Assembly: GCA_902550285.1 (NCBI GenBank)
Contig: CACCYQ010000002.1
Coordinates: forward strand, 8,030-72,029
DNA: 64,000 nucleotides
Reading direction: 5' to 3'
Source: an uncultured Pelagibacteraceae bacterium
GTDB taxonomy: Bacteria; Pseudomonadota; Alphaproteobacteria; Pelagibacterales; Pelagibacteraceae
The notes under the pieces were generated by a model, which ran no database searches, was not told the DNA's origin, and saw only the letters and a list, made by a program, of their open reading frames with translations. Below are positions 53,011 to 63,462 of the stretch, piece by piece. The position numbers and the translations under genes were made by a program. Position 1 is the first letter of the stretch; every line of letters begins with the position of its first letter.

Positions 53011-54069
53011 TTAAAGTTTTTCATTATTTTCCTTTGAAATTTTAATAGAATTACCCACTTTTTCAATAATACATCCTGATAATGTAGATTTAACAAAATT
53101 TTTTCCTCTAATTTTGTTTAATATTAAGCTAATGCTTTTGCCTCTGGCATTATAATATCTTTTTCCTATTTTATTTAAAATTATAGCAAATGACCTAAAT
53201 ATTACTTCATTGGCTTCATTAAAAAAACTTGGGTTTAATAAATAAAAAGAATTTTTTTTTAAAAAAGTTGAGTTTAATAAAATATTTCTTTTTACATAAA
53301 AATTAATAGATGCATTCGCCTCTTTCAGATTTTTTAAAGTTAATTTAAATTTATTTTCATCAAATCCTTCGTCTTTAATAGTATTGATTAATTTTCTAAA
53401 TCTAATTCTTTTAAATTTTTCATTACGATTTGAAGGATCATTAACATAGAAATTGAAAACTTTTTTTGCAGTATAAATTAAATCTTTTTTGTTATTATTT
53501 ATTAATGGTCTAAGTATTTTTATACTTTCGTTTGTATTTTTTTCTATTTCATAAAAAGATAACAAACCATTTAGTCCAGAACCACGAGATAATCTAATAA
53601 AAAAATTTTCATATAAATCTTCTAAATGATGACCCAGTAGGATAGTTTTTACATTATCTTTTTTACATTGTTTTTTTAACAAAAAATATCTATTTTTTCT
53701 TGCCACAGATTGTAAATTACTTTTTGGTTTTTTTCCTCTCCAAACTAAAATTTTGCATTTTGATTTAAATGGCCTCAGGATAGACTTTACTTTTAAAGCT
53801 TCATTTGTTGAATTTTTTCTTATTTTATGATCAACAATATAAAAATAAAGTTTGATATTATTTTTCAAAGCATAGCATTTTGCAAAATAACACAATGCTA
53901 AACTATCCGGTCCACCTGAAACACCAATTGCAATATTTTTATCATTTAAATGATTATCTAAAGTGCTCTCAAATTCCTTATATATATGTTTTATTTTTGA
54001 AAACTTTAAATTATCTAATATAAAATTATTATGATTTTTCTTTTTTACACTCAAACTTTTTTTCTTCAT
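53011..54069 (-). CDS. tilS: tRNA(Ile)-lysidine synthetase
   Basis: SGGPDS, VDH, AR..RY, GHHLED..E, RGSG, LRPL, DPSN. Confidence 0.93.
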   Translation of the reverse strand: MKKKSLSVKKKNHNNFILDNLKFSKIKHIYKEFESTLDNHLNDKNIAIGVSGGPDSLALCYFAKCYALKNNIKLYFYIVDHKIRKNSTNEALKVKSILRPFKSKCKILVWRGKKPKSNLQSVARKNRYFLLKKQCKKDNVKTILLGHHLEDLYENFFIRLSRGSGLNGLLSFYEIEKNTNESIKILRPLINNNKKDLIYTAKKVFNFYVNDPSNRNEKFKRIRFRKLINTIKDEGFDENKFKLTLKNLKEANASINFYVKRNILLNSTFLKKNSFYLLNPSFFNEANEVIFRSFAIILNKIGKRYYNARGKSISLILNKIRGKNFVKSTLSGCIIEKVGNSIKISKENNEKL

Positions 54070-55051
54070 ATTTTGCTTTTTGAAGAACTGATTGATCGGC
54101 TTTTGGATATTCCTTTTTAACGCCAGTAATCATCAAACATCCTTGATCTTTTTCTCCTATCTGCACCAATGATACTCCAAGTTTTAATAAATTTATAGGA
54201 CCCTTTTCGCTTTTTGGATACCTTTGATAACCCTCAAGATACGCAGAGGCTGCGTCCGTATAGAGTTGTCTTATTCTAAAAGTTTCTGCATACCAATATT
54301 GAGCATTTCCTGCCAGATTATGTTCTGAATTACTAATAACAAATTCCCTAAAAGCTCTTTCCGCAGTATTATAATCTCCAACTTTTAAAAAGCTTGTTGC
54401 AAACTCATATTGTTTTTCTGGTGTAACATTTGGGAGAATTTTTTCTTCTGACTCAAAAGTTTCTGTTAATACTGTTGTTGTTGAGTCAATTGATTGGGTC
54501 TGCTGAACTTTTAAATCTGTTTCACTATCTTTATAAGATATAGAACCTAAATCTTGAGGCTGAGAAGAGCCCGGTAAAATTTCTTCTTTGCTATCACTAG
54601 CATTTATAGAAGATATTTTTTGATCTTCTAAAGTATTATTATATGCAGTGTTATTTTCTAATTGCTGAAATCTTAATTGATTGTCAGCTTGTACTTTTGA
54701 TAATCTCGTAGATAATTTGTCTAGTTTAAAATTTATTTCCTCAAAATTGTTTGTTAATTCTTGAAACTGCTTTTCAATTTCAGAAAGTTTTAATAAATGT
54801 CTTGTCAGCACTTCTTCAGAATTTTGATCAAGTTTTTTATCCGCACTCGAAACATTGTTATCATTAGATACTGAGGTAGTATTAGAAAAAGAATCTGATG
54901 AATAAACGGCTTTTTCTAATGTACGCAAATCCTTTTGTATTAATTCTAAAACTTCATTAATCTCTTTATTTTCTGCTTTTAGTTCTGCTGATACAACTGT
55001 CGATAATATTAAAGTAACTAATAACAATAATTTTTTCTTCGAAAGAAACAT
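54029..55051 (-). CDS. cpoB: Tol-Pal periplasmic protein CpoB/YbgF
   Basis: Signal peptide, coiled coil, TPR LAGNAQYW...LLKLG; directly downstream of pal. Confidence 0.88.
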   Translation of the reverse strand: MFLSKKKLLLLVTLILSTVVSAELKAENKEINEVLELIQKDLRTLEKAVYSSDSFSNTTSVSNDNNVSSADKKLDQNSEEVLTRHLLKLSEIEKQFQELTNNFEEINFKLDKLSTRLSKVQADNQLRFQQLENNTAYNNTLEDQKISSINASDSKEEILPGSSQPQDLGSISYKDSETDLKVQQTQSIDSTTTVLTETFESEEKILPNVTPEKQYEFATSFLKVGDYNTAERAFREFVISNSEHNLAGNAQYWYAETFRIRQLYTDAASAYLEGYQRYPKSEKGPINLLKLGVSLVQIGEKDQGCLMITGVKKEYPKADQSVLQKAKYEEKKFECKKEKS

Positions 55052-55082
55052 TAATTGATTTGTAAGTAAAATGATGGCAAAA

Positions 55083-55120
55083 AAAAGACCCTGAAAATAT
55101 ATTATTTTTCAGGGTCTTTT
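55083..55120 (-). terminator. Intrinsic terminator downstream of pal
   Basis: 15-bp stem AAAAGACCCTGAAAA / TTTTCAGGGTCTTTT. Confidence 0.85.
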
Positions 55121-55136
55121 AAATTTATATTATTTT

Positions 55137-55619
55137 TTAATTAGCTTTTACTGTAACAGCTCTTCTGTTTTTTGACCAAGAAAGTGGGTTTGATCCTGAA
55201 TCCACTGGTCTTTCTTTTCCATAGCTAATTACAGAAATTCTGTCTGAAGAAACTCCGTAAGTCATCAAATAATCCTTGGCTGAATTTGCTCTTCTTTCGC
55301 CTAGTGCCAAGTTATATTCTCTTGTTCCTCTTTCGTCAGCATGACCTTCTAATACAACATTTATGCTTGGATTTTTTCTTAACCATGCAGCTTGTTTTCT
55401 TAAAGTGTCTCTTGAACGAGTTGTTAAAACCGATTCGTTTGTTGCAAAAAATACTCTGTCAGGAACTCCTTTTGCTAAATACTCTACTGTGTCTGTTCCT
55501 GTATATACATCGCCTTGAAGTTGCGATCCCATTTGCTTAGTTTTTGTTGCACATGCAGAAAGCACAAAACTAAACAGTACTACTAAAAAGGCATTTTTTA
55601 AAATTTTGATTAAATTCAT
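55137..55619 (-). CDS. pal: Peptidoglycan-associated lipoprotein
   Basis: Lipobox LSAC; EGHADERGTREYNLALGERRA; NRR. Confidence 0.97.
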   Translation of the reverse strand: MNLIKILKNAFLVVLFSFVLSACATKTKQMGSQLQGDVYTGTDTVEYLAKGVPDRVFFATNESVLTTRSRDTLRKQAAWLRKNPSINVVLEGHADERGTREYNLALGERRANSAKDYLMTYGVSSDRISVISYGKERPVDSGSNPLSWSKNRRAVTVKAN

Positions 55620-55718
55620 TATCGCTCCTTAAATCTTTTTATGGACTTTTTCACAACTAATTAGAACTTTCAAGCTTAAAAATCAACTTTTTATTAGTAT
55701 TTTTTTTCATTTTTAGTG

Positions 55719-57068
55719 CTAATTACTCAATAAAGATGACCAAGATGGGTCAGATGCATCTGTCTCAGTTTCAACCAATCTCTCGTTATAACCAGTCAAA
55801 TCAATAGACCACAATTTCGCTGAAAATCCTTTGCCTTCACTGTCTGATTTGGTTTCTCTATAAAAAATTAGAACTCTGCCATTTGGTGACCAAGAAGGTG
55901 CCTCTTGATAATAGTTTTCTGTAAGTAATCTCTCACCTGTTCCATCTGTTCTCATTACTCCAATGTAAAATTTTCCTTTATGCAGTTTAGTAAAAGCTAT
56001 CAAATCACCTCGTGGAGACCAAACAGGTGTACCATACAAACCTTTTCCAAAAGAAATTCTTTTTACAGATTTTCCATTACTTTTCATTGTATATATTTGC
56101 TGATATCCACTTCTATCAGAATTAAATGCAATATATTTGCCATTAGGTGAGAAAGATGGAGAGGTATCTATTGAAGGATGATTGGTGATCTTTTCAACAA
56201 TTCTATTTTCAAGATCCATTGTATAAATTTCAGAATTTCCATCTTTAGCAAAGCTCATTATAATTTTTTTTCCATCCGGTGAAAATCTAGGAGCAAATGT
56301 CATTCCTGGAAAATCTCCAACAACTTCTTGTAAACCTGTTTCAATATCTAAAAGGTATACTCTTGGTAAATTTTTAAAATATGACAAATAAGTTACCATC
56401 TGGTTTGTAGGATTAAATCTAGGTGTAAGTACTAATTCATTTCCTAATGTAAGATATTTATTATTAAAACCGTCTTGATCCATAATCGCAAGTCTTTTAA
56501 TTCTTCTAGTTTTCGGTCCTTTTTCAGATACGTATATAATTCTTGTATCAAAATAACCTTTCTCACCAGTTAGTCTTTCATAAACTTTATCAGTTATTAT
56601 ATGCCCAACTCTTCTCCAATTATTAGGAACTGTAGTAAAAGCTAAAGCAATCATTTCCCTTCCTGCAAGAACGTCCCAAAGTCTAAATTCTACTTTTAAT
56701 TTGTCATCTACTAATGAAACTTTTCCTGTAATTAATGCTTGTGCTTTTATCAATCCCCAATCTTCAAATCTTGGTTTAAAGTGAGCTATGTCAGGTTTTT
56801 GCAAAAAAGCTTTTTTATCTAAAGGGTTAAACAAGCCTGTTCTTTTTAAATTATTCTCTACAATTTTTGAAATTTCTGAACCAATATCGCTTATTTCTAG
56901 TTCTTTTTTTCCATTATTTATAGTTTTTTCATCAGAAAATAATGGAGATACTGCAATTGGAAGGGGATTTAAATTACCTCTTGTAATATCAACTTCGATT
57001 AAAGAGTAAACATTATTAGGTAAAAAAAATAATATTAATAATACGATTGTTTGTATTTTTCTAATCAT
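55719..57068 (-). CDS. tolB: Tol-Pal beta-propeller protein TolB
   Basis: GYFDTRI, MDQDG, repeated PxFSPDG/PxWSP motifs. Confidence 0.96.
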   Translation of the reverse strand: MIRKIQTIVLLILFFLPNNVYSLIEVDITRGNLNPLPIAVSPLFSDEKTINNGKKELEISDIGSEISKIVENNLKRTGLFNPLDKKAFLQKPDIAHFKPRFEDWGLIKAQALITGKVSLVDDKLKVEFRLWDVLAGREMIALAFTTVPNNWRRVGHIITDKVYERLTGEKGYFDTRIIYVSEKGPKTRRIKRLAIMDQDGFNNKYLTLGNELVLTPRFNPTNQMVTYLSYFKNLPRVYLLDIETGLQEVVGDFPGMTFAPRFSPDGKKIIMSFAKDGNSEIYTMDLENRIVEKITNHPSIDTSPSFSPNGKYIAFNSDRSGYQQIYTMKSNGKSVKRISFGKGLYGTPVWSPRGDLIAFTKLHKGKFYIGVMRTDGTGERLLTENYYQEAPSWSPNGRVLIFYRETKSDSEGKGFSAKLWSIDLTGYNERLVETETDASDPSWSSLLSN

Positions 57069-57874
57069 CCTTCTAACATCTCCCTTGCATCAAAATTAAG
57101 CTGTAAATCCTTCCACCTTTCATATCCAGTGCTTGGAACTCTCAAAGGTTGACATAATTGAATGGCTCTAAGTGCACTTTCGGCTAAAACTTTATAGAAA
57201 CCTTGTCCAGGCTTATTCATTCTAGCATGATCTAGTATTTCTGTTTTAGTCACTGTTCCATCTGGTTTCAACTTTAATTTAATTCTAACTAATAAGTTTT
57301 CATTATATGGTAAACCCAAAGGAATGCTCCAGCAACCAAATATTTGTGCTTTAAGAGCATCTTCCTCGGTTAGTGTTAATGCTTGAGAGTTCATAGTTGG
57401 ATCCTGAGATTGAGATACATCAGGTGATTTTTCATTTGTAACTGCCATTTCTTCTTTAGATTTATCAATTAAAGCAGCTATTTGATTTGGATCAAACATT
57501 TCATCTTTTTCAAACTCTGAAACTTGTTTAACTTTATTATCTTCTTTTTCTGGATTTTGTTTTTTTTCCTCTATTTTTTTTATTTTTTCAACTTTCTCTT
57601 CTGGTAAAGGGATTGAGTCTGGTTTTTCTTTCTTTATTTTTTTTGGTGGTGCCTGTTCCGATACAAGTTTTTCCTGTTCTTTTTTTACTTTTTCAATAAT
57701 TTTTTTAGCTTTTGGAGCATAAGGAATATTGGTTTCATCTGTAATCTGAATTAATTCAATTGAAACTATAGGAGGTATATCTAATGGTTTTTTTGCTACA
57801 AAAGGTAATGTTATCATTGCAAAAAAAATTATAAATAAATGAAATCCAGATGAGAGTATAAGGTTTTTATACAC
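57065..57874 (-). CDS. tolA: TolA-like cell envelope integrity protein
   Basis: N-terminal TM with SxxxH (SSGFH), K/E/P-rich linker, C-domain QIFGCW...AESALRAI; located between tolR and tolB. Confidence 0.82.
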   Translation of the reverse strand: MYKNLILSSGFHLFIIFFAMITLPFVAKKPLDIPPIVSIELIQITDETNIPYAPKAKKIIEKVKKEQEKLVSEQAPPKKIKKEKPDSIPLPEEKVEKIKKIEEKKQNPEKEDNKVKQVSEFEKDEMFDPNQIAALIDKSKEEMAVTNEKSPDVSQSQDPTMNSQALTLTEEDALKAQIFGCWSIPLGLPYNENLLVRIKLKLKPDGTVTKTEILDHARMNKPGQGFYKVLAESALRAIQLCQPLRVPSTGYERWKDLQLNFDAREMLEG

Positions 57875-57877
57875 AAT

Positions 57878-58294
57878 TTATCTCTCCTTATAAGGTTCAG
57901 AAATTAATGCTACTTTCGTAAAGCCAGATCCTGACAACATTCCCATAACTTCTAAAACTCTTCCATAATTTATTGTCTTGTCGCCTCTAACATAAATTCT
58001 TGTATCTGTTCTGTTTTTTGAGACAGCTAATATTTTTGCAATAACACTATCATATTCAACTTTTGCTTCTTGGACAAAAATTTCTCCTTTTGAATTAATA
58101 GTTAATGTAAGTGGTTCTTGTTCTTCGGGAAGAGAGTCAGCTGAACTTTCTGGTAGATCTACTTGCACCCCCACAGTCAACAAAGGTGCAGTAACCATAA
58201 ATATTATCAGCAAAACTAACATTACATCTACGAATGGCGTAACATTAATTTCACTCATCGGTTCTCTAAGTGAACTTTTTAATTTAAATGCCAT
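57878..58294 (-). CDS. tolR: TolR
   Basis: EINVTPFVDVMLVLLIIFMVTAP, VRGD. Confidence 0.95.
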   Translation of the reverse strand: MAFKLKSSLREPMSEINVTPFVDVMLVLLIIFMVTAPLLTVGVQVDLPESSADSLPEEQEPLTLTINSKGEIFVQEAKVEYDSVIAKILAVSKNRTDTRIYVRGDKTINYGRVLEVMGMLSGSGFTKVALISEPYKER

Positions 58295-58295
58295 T

Positions 58296-58970
58296 TTAAA
58301 TTATTGAGACAAATCTCTTTGAAAAATTTTCTAATTTTTGTAAATATTTTTTTGAATCACTATTAAATTTATTGTAAGCGACTACAGCAGGTATAGCTGC
58401 CAATAATCCTAGCGCGGTCGCAAAAAGAGCTTCTGCAATTCCTGGTGCCACAATTGCTAAACTAGTATTTCTTGATATTGCTATCGACTGAAAAGAATTC
58501 ATTATTCCCCAAACAGTTCCAAAAAGACCTATGAATGGAGCCGTAGATCCGACAGTTGCTAAAAAAGTATAATTTTTTTCTATCTTAATCATTTCTTTAT
58601 CAATATTTGTTTCCAGTATCACTGGAAGTTTGTCTGTTAAACTTGATCTTGATCTTGATTTTACAACTGTTTGCATACAACTTTTAAATATATTTGCCAT
58701 AGGGTCACTAACATTGGAGGGTAAATTATTATAAAAGGTTTCTGCTGATTTTGATTTCCAAAATTTTTCCTCGAACTCCTCTGAGCTTTTATTTATATTT
58801 TTAAACAATTTATATTTATCAAAAATTATAGCCCAAGAATAAATTGAACTGGCTATTAAAATTATTATAACCGATTTAACTATTACATCTGCTCTTATGA
58901 AAAGCTTTAAAATTGAAAAATCTGTGTTACTTGCAAGACCAACTGCCTGAGAGGTAATATCTGCTTCCAT
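58296..58970 (-). CDS. tolQ: TolQ
   Basis: APFIGLFGTVWGIM, VAPGIAEAL, AAIPAV. Confidence 0.95.
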   Translation of the reverse strand: MEADITSQAVGLASNTDFSILKLFIRADVIVKSVIIILIASSIYSWAIIFDKYKLFKNINKSSEEFEEKFWKSKSAETFYNNLPSNVSDPMANIFKSCMQTVVKSRSRSSLTDKLPVILETNIDKEMIKIEKNYTFLATVGSTAPFIGLFGTVWGIMNSFQSIAISRNTSLAIVAPGIAEALFATALGLLAAIPAVVAYNKFNSDSKKYLQKLENFSKRFVSII

Positions 58971-59023
58971 TTAAAAGCTTTCACACTAAAATGTGTCATC
59001 AATTTGTCTTTTTTAATATTACT

Positions 59024-59518
59024 TTAATCTTCGACACGATAAGTATTGTTAAAATAACTAGCAATTAGTATTGCGTCGGCTTTGTTTGAGTCTTTTTTTC
59101 TAGTTAATTTCGATGAAATAGAAGGAAAAATTTCAATTGCTTTAGATCTGCTTGCCTCTTTTTCTGTTTTTAATAAATTAAAGTATTTTTTCCATTTCGC
59201 TGGTCTTACAAAATAAATAGGTAATTGCATTGCTGAACAAATTCCTTTTATAACACCAAAAGATTGTCCAAAATTAAACATGCTTGTTACTCCTTGTCCT
59301 GGCATTGCAGAAACTTGCTCAACTACAACAAATATATCTTTTTTTGAAAAGTTTTTAATTCTTAAATAAATTTCATTATAAGTTTGAGAACCATTGATTT
59401 GTCTTTTATTTTTTTTTCCATCTGGCATAACTGGCATATCTATAATGTCCTTAACCTCGCCATCTTCAAAAAAACAAATGGCTCCAGAGATTCCTGGATC
59501 TATCCCTATTATTAACAT
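59024..59518 (-). CDS. RuvC-fold Holliday junction resolvase, atypical (phage/MOC1-like) type
   Basis: IGIDPG, VVEQV, SAMPGQGVTSMFNFG, VRPAKWKK, ADAILIA; occupies the ruvC position after yebC. Confidence 0.8.
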   Translation of the reverse strand: MLIIGIDPGISGAICFFEDGEVKDIIDMPVMPDGKKNKRQINGSQTYNEIYLRIKNFSKKDIFVVVEQVSAMPGQGVTSMFNFGQSFGVIKGICSAMQLPIYFVRPAKWKKYFNLLKTEKEASRSKAIEIFPSISSKLTRKKDSNKADAILIASYFNNTYRVED

Positions 59519-60244
59519 TTAACTCTCAATAAATTTAACATTTGTAAAAACATTTTGGACATCATCAATATCTTCTAAATTTTCTAAAAATTTTATAGCA
59601 CATTCTTTATCTTCTCCGTACAAATCCACACTATTTAATGGTATCCATTCTATTTCTGTTGATAGAAAATTAGTTATATTTTTTTCTAATTTTTTTTTTA
59701 CATTATATATATCTTCTTTTTTACATCTTATCTCATGAAAATCTGAGTTCAAAAAACATTCATCCGCTCCAGCTTCTAAAGCATATTCAAATATTTTCTC
59801 CTCTTTTACTTCATTTTTATTTATTTTAATTATACCGATTTGATTAAAATTGTGGGATGCAGATCCCTGTGTGCCAAGGTTACCGTTGTTCTTTTGAAAT
59901 ATAGATCTAATTTTTGAAGCAGTTCTATTTTTATTATCAGTTAAAGCTTCTACTATTACAGCTATTTTACAGGGACCAAATCCTTCATAACGCAAGTTTT
60001 CAAAATCTGAGTCTAAATTAATCTTTGATTTTTCTATGGCTCTTAAAATATTATCTTTGGGCATATTTGAAGATCTTGCAGATTGAATGGCTGATCTTAG
60101 TCTGGGATTCATTTCTGGGTTTTTGTCTCCGAGTTTTGCAGCGACTGTAATTTCTTTTGACAACTTCGCAAATATCCTTGACCTTTGTTTATCTGCTCTA
60201 TCTTTTTTATGTTTTATTCCTGCCCAGTGTGAGTGTCCTGCCAT
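59519..60244 (-). CDS. yebC: YebC/PmpR family protein
   Basis: MAGHSHW, NPRLR, YEGFGP, TDNKNRT, DDVQNV. Confidence 0.96.
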   Translation of the reverse strand: MAGHSHWAGIKHKKDRADKQRSRIFAKLSKEITVAAKLGDKNPEMNPRLRSAIQSARSSNMPKDNILRAIEKSKINLDSDFENLRYEGFGPCKIAVIVEALTDNKNRTASKIRSIFQKNNGNLGTQGSASHNFNQIGIIKINKNEVKEEKIFEYALEAGADECFLNSDFHEIRCKKEDIYNVKKKLEKNITNFLSTEIEWIPLNSVDLYGEDKECAIKFLENLEDIDDVQNVFTNVKFIES

Positions 60245-60246
60245 AA

Positions 60247-61044
60247 TTAAATTAAATCTCCTCCAAAAATAAAACTTTCGATTTTATCAGCTAAGCCAGT
60301 TTTTTTATTCGCATCAACAATTAGTCCACACAAACTTGCTTCACCTGTGGCCGGAAAATGTTTAACAGCATCTTTTTTTAAAAACTTGTTCAATGAGTTT
60401 TCTTTATTCATTCCAATAACAGAATTATAATCTCCACACATTCCAGCATCAGTTAAATATGCAGTACCGTTTTTTAATATCCTTGCATCGTTAGTAGGAA
60501 CGTGCGTGTGTGTACCAACAACTAATGTTGCTTTTCCATCAAAAAAATGACCGATGGCCATTTTTTCACTTGTTATTTCACCGTGGAAATCAACTACTAA
60601 AAAATCAAAATTTTTTTTTAATACATTGTTTTTTAAAAATAAAACTGAAGATTCAAAAACATTTTCACATTTTTTCATAAAAATATTTCCCATTAAATTT
60701 AAAACTCCTATTTTTAATCCATTTTTAACTTTATAAATTCCAAATCCTTCACCCGGTGTTGCTGCTGGCAAATTAAATGGTCTTAAAAGTTTATTTTCTC
60801 GAGTTATATATTGTGCTGTTTCTTTTAAATCCCATACATGGTTTCCGGTTGTAATAACATCCGCACCGTATGAAAAAAGTTCGTTTGAAATTTTTTCAGA
60901 AATTCCTACTCCTCCTTCGGCAGCATTCTCACCATTTACTATTACAAAATCTATATTTTTTTGGTTGATTATGTTTTTTAAATTTTTTTTTATTGATGTG
61001 CATCCTGATTTACCCACAACATCTCCCAAAAATAAAATTCTCAT
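60247..61044 (-). CDS. YmdB-like metallophosphoesterase
   Basis: GDVVG, NGEN, GNHVWD, DFHGEITSEK, GTHTHVPT, TDAGMCG. Confidence 0.93.
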   Translation of the reverse strand: MRILFLGDVVGKSGCTSIKKNLKNIINQKNIDFVIVNGENAAEGGVGISEKISNELFSYGADVITTGNHVWDLKETAQYITRENKLLRPFNLPAATPGEGFGIYKVKNGLKIGVLNLMGNIFMKKCENVFESSVLFLKNNVLKKNFDFLVVDFHGEITSEKMAIGHFFDGKATLVVGTHTHVPTNDARILKNGTAYLTDAGMCGDYNSVIGMNKENSLNKFLKKDAVKHFPATGEASLCGLIVDANKKTGLADKIESFIFGGDLI

Positions 61045-61586
61045 TTATAAGCCTTTTTGTTTGTTAAAATAATATTGAGTTTTTGATCAAACTCATCAAC
61101 TTTTAATTTTTTCACTTTTTGGAACTCAAAAGCTAAACCTATAGTTAGACATTTTTTTATTTTCTTAATTTTTTCAATATACCTATCGTAATATCCTCCT
61201 CCATATCCTAATCTAAATTTTCTAATATCAAAAGCAACTGTGGGAACCAATAAAACGTCTGGATAAACTAATCTCTTTTTTAAAGGCTCTAGAATCCCAT
61301 ATCTATTAATTTTCACAGGGAATTGAGGTTGCCAAATATAAAAATCTAACTGATTGTTTTTTTTAATTATAGGCATTGATATTTTGTAGTTTTTTGATCT
61401 AAGTTTTTCTAAAATTTTTAAATCGTCAATTTCATAATTTACAGGAAAGTATCCGCCTATAATGCCCTTATTTATTTTTTTCTTATTTAAAATACTCATT
61501 AAATTAGAAAAATTTATTTTATAATTATTTTTATATTTTTTTTTTCTTAAATTAAGAATTTTTTTTCTAGTTTTTGTTTTTGACAC
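61041..61586 (-). CDS. ygfA: 5-formyltetrahydrofolate cyclo-ligase
   Basis: YGILEP, LVPTVAFD...RLGYGGGYYDR. Confidence 0.93.
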   Translation of the reverse strand: MSKTKTRKKILNLRKKKYKNNYKINFSNLMSILNKKKINKGIIGGYFPVNYEIDDLKILEKLRSKNYKISMPIIKKNNQLDFYIWQPQFPVKINRYGILEPLKKRLVYPDVLLVPTVAFDIRKFRLGYGGGYYDRYIEKIKKIKKCLTIGLAFEFQKVKKLKVDEFDQKLNIILTNKKAYK

Positions 61587-61591
61587 AAATA

Positions 61592-62038
61592 TTATTGAAT
61601 ATTATTTTCGGAATCTGTTTTTTTGATAAAATTTTCGATTTGGTCTGTAGCTTTATCAATTATATTTTCATAATTATGATTATTTTTTTCAATTTCATCT
61701 TTTAAATTATTTAATTGATCGTTAAGACTCATTATTTCATTTTCTTTATTATCTTTGTAATCATAAATTAAAGATTTTAGTTCTTTAAATTTTTCAGTAA
61801 GTTTTAAAAGTTCATTTTTGTTTTTTTCTATTTTTTTTTTGGTTTCATAGTATTCATCCATAACTGTAATAGAAGTAATCAAAAGAAGCTTATTTTCACC
61901 TATGGTTCCTAAATTTAACTTTAAATTATTAAATTTTTCATTTAAATTGGCAGTCAATTCTTGAAGATGTTCTTCCTGTCCATCTTCACAGGATAAAAGA
62001 AATTCTTTACCATTAAATTTTACATTTACATTTGCCAT
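61592..62038 (-). CDS. zapA: Cell division protein ZapA with extended coiled coil
   Basis: VKFNGKEFLLSCEDGQEEHL; directly upstream of ygfA. Confidence 0.88.
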   Translation of the reverse strand: MANVNVKFNGKEFLLSCEDGQEEHLQELTANLNEKFNNLKLNLGTIGENKLLLITSITVMDEYYETKKKIEKNKNELLKLTEKFKELKSLIYDYKDNKENEIMSLNDQLNNLKDEIEKNNHNYENIIDKATDQIENFIKKTDSENNIQ

Positions 62039-62349
62039 TTATCTACTTCTTCTAATAAAATATCTGTTTCTTGATTTAATTCATCAATTTTTTCGGCAAA
62101 TTTTGACTCTTTTTTTTTTTCAAAAAGCTGTTTTTCTTTTAATTCTTCTAGTCTTGATTTAAGATTCTCATAATCTTCTTTTAATAATAAATATTTATTT
62201 TCTATTTCATTTTTTTCAATTTCTAATTGATTCTTATGATTGTTTAATTCTTCTATTGAAGATGTAATTTGTGGGTTCTCAAGACTTAAGTTGCTTAATT
62301 TGTTTAATACTTCGTTAAGTTTTTTTTCTTTTTCATTAAAGCTTTTCAT
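62026..62349 (-). CDS. Coiled-coil protein upstream of zapA (position of a ZapB-like partner)
   Basis: 107-aa heptad-rich E/K/L sequence overlapping the zapA start. Confidence 0.6.
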   Translation of the reverse strand: MKSFNEKEKKLNEVLNKLSNLSLENPQITSSIEELNNHKNQLEIEKNEIENKYLLLKEDYENLKSRLEELKEKQLFEKKKESKFAEKIDELNQETDILLEEVDKWQM

Positions 62350-62403
62350 ATATATAAAACTATAATATTAAATAGAGTCATCGAAGTCTACAAAGGATAA
62401 CAA

Positions 62404-63462
62404 TTGAACAAGCAAAATAGAGATTTATCAAATGCAATAAGGTTTTTAAGTATAGATGCTGTGGAAAAAGCTAATTCAGGGCACCCTGGTCTGCCAATGG
62501 GTATGGCAGATGTAGCCACAATATTATTTAAGTATTTTTTAAAATTTAATCCAAAACATCCTGATTGGATAAATAGAGATAGATTTATTTTATCTGCGGG
62601 CCATGGTTCGATGCTACTTTATTCTTTACTTTATCTTACAGGTTATAAAAGTGTGTCAATTGATAACATAAAAAATTTTAGACAATTAAATTCGATTTGT
62701 GCCGGTCATCCTGAGTATGAAAAAAATACTGGTATAGAAACTACTACAGGGCCACTAGGTCAAGGAATAGCAAATGCAGTTGGATTTGCATTAGCGGAAG
62801 AAATTTTAAAAGAAAAATTTGGAAAAAAAATTATAAACCATAAAACCTATGTTTTGGCTGGAGATGGCTGTTTAATGGAAGGAATAAGCCACGAAGCTTT
62901 AAGTTTAGCAGGACATTTAAAATTAAAAAATTTAATTTTATTATTTGATAATAACTCAATATCAATAGACGGACCTACAAACCTTGCTGTATCTGATGAT
63001 TTTAAAAAAAGATTTAATAGTTATGGATGGAATTATATTGAAATAGATGGACACAATGAAAAACAGATTTTTAATGCTTTAAAAAAATCTCAGAAATCCA
63101 AAGCTCCTTCAGTAATTTCATGCAAAACAATTATTGGTTATGGTTCTCCCAACAAATCTGGAACAGCATCTGTACATGGAAGCCCGCTAGGAAAAGATGA
63201 AGTAGCCCTGGCAAGAAAAAAACTAAAGTGGAACTGTAAACCTTTTATAATTCCAAAAAATATAATTAATGAATGGAGAAAGATCGGAGCAAAAGCATCT
63301 CAAAAATCGAAAAATAAAAAAATTAAACCTAAAAATATTTCTAAAATAGTTTCAAAAATAATTAAAAAAAGAAAAACAAAATTATATAAAGTCTATGGAA
63401 GCATCTGCAACAAGAAAATCTTCACAAAAAATAATAAATTCATTAACAAAAAAAATCCCTGA
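62404..63462 (+). CDS. tkt: Transketolase, N-terminal (TPP-binding) part; frame disrupted near 63364-63370
   Basis: [37 protein letters not shown]; transketolase similarity moves to the +1 frame after about codon 322. Confidence 0.9.
   Translation: MNKQNRDLSNAIRFLSIDAVEKANSGHPGLPMGMADVATILFKYFLKFNPKHPDWINRDRFILSAGHGSMLLYSLLYLTGYKSVSIDNIKNFRQLNSICAGHPEYEKNTGIETTTGPLGQGIANAVGFALAEEILKEKFGKKIINHKTYVLAGDGCLMEGISHEALSLAGHLKLKNLILLFDNNSISIDGPTNLAVSDDFKKRFNSYGWNYIEIDGHNEKQIFNALKKSQKSKAPSVISCKTIIGYGSPNKSGTASVHGSPLGKDEVALARKKLKWNCKPFIIPKNIINEWRKIGAKASQKSKNKKIKPKNISKIVSKIIKKRKTKLYKVYGSICNKKIFTKNNKFINKKNP

Noticed and set aside
2128-60736. Many short antisense or alternate-frame ORFs in the track (e.g. 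2128-2448, 10580-10882, 18436-18618, 41263-41679, 52122-52520)
   Set aside because: They overlap well-supported genes and show no recognisable motifs; treated as shadow ORFs
63364-63371. A-AAA-AAG programmed -1 frameshift in tkt
   Set aside because: The motif is not in the required phase, and the shift needed is +1, not -1
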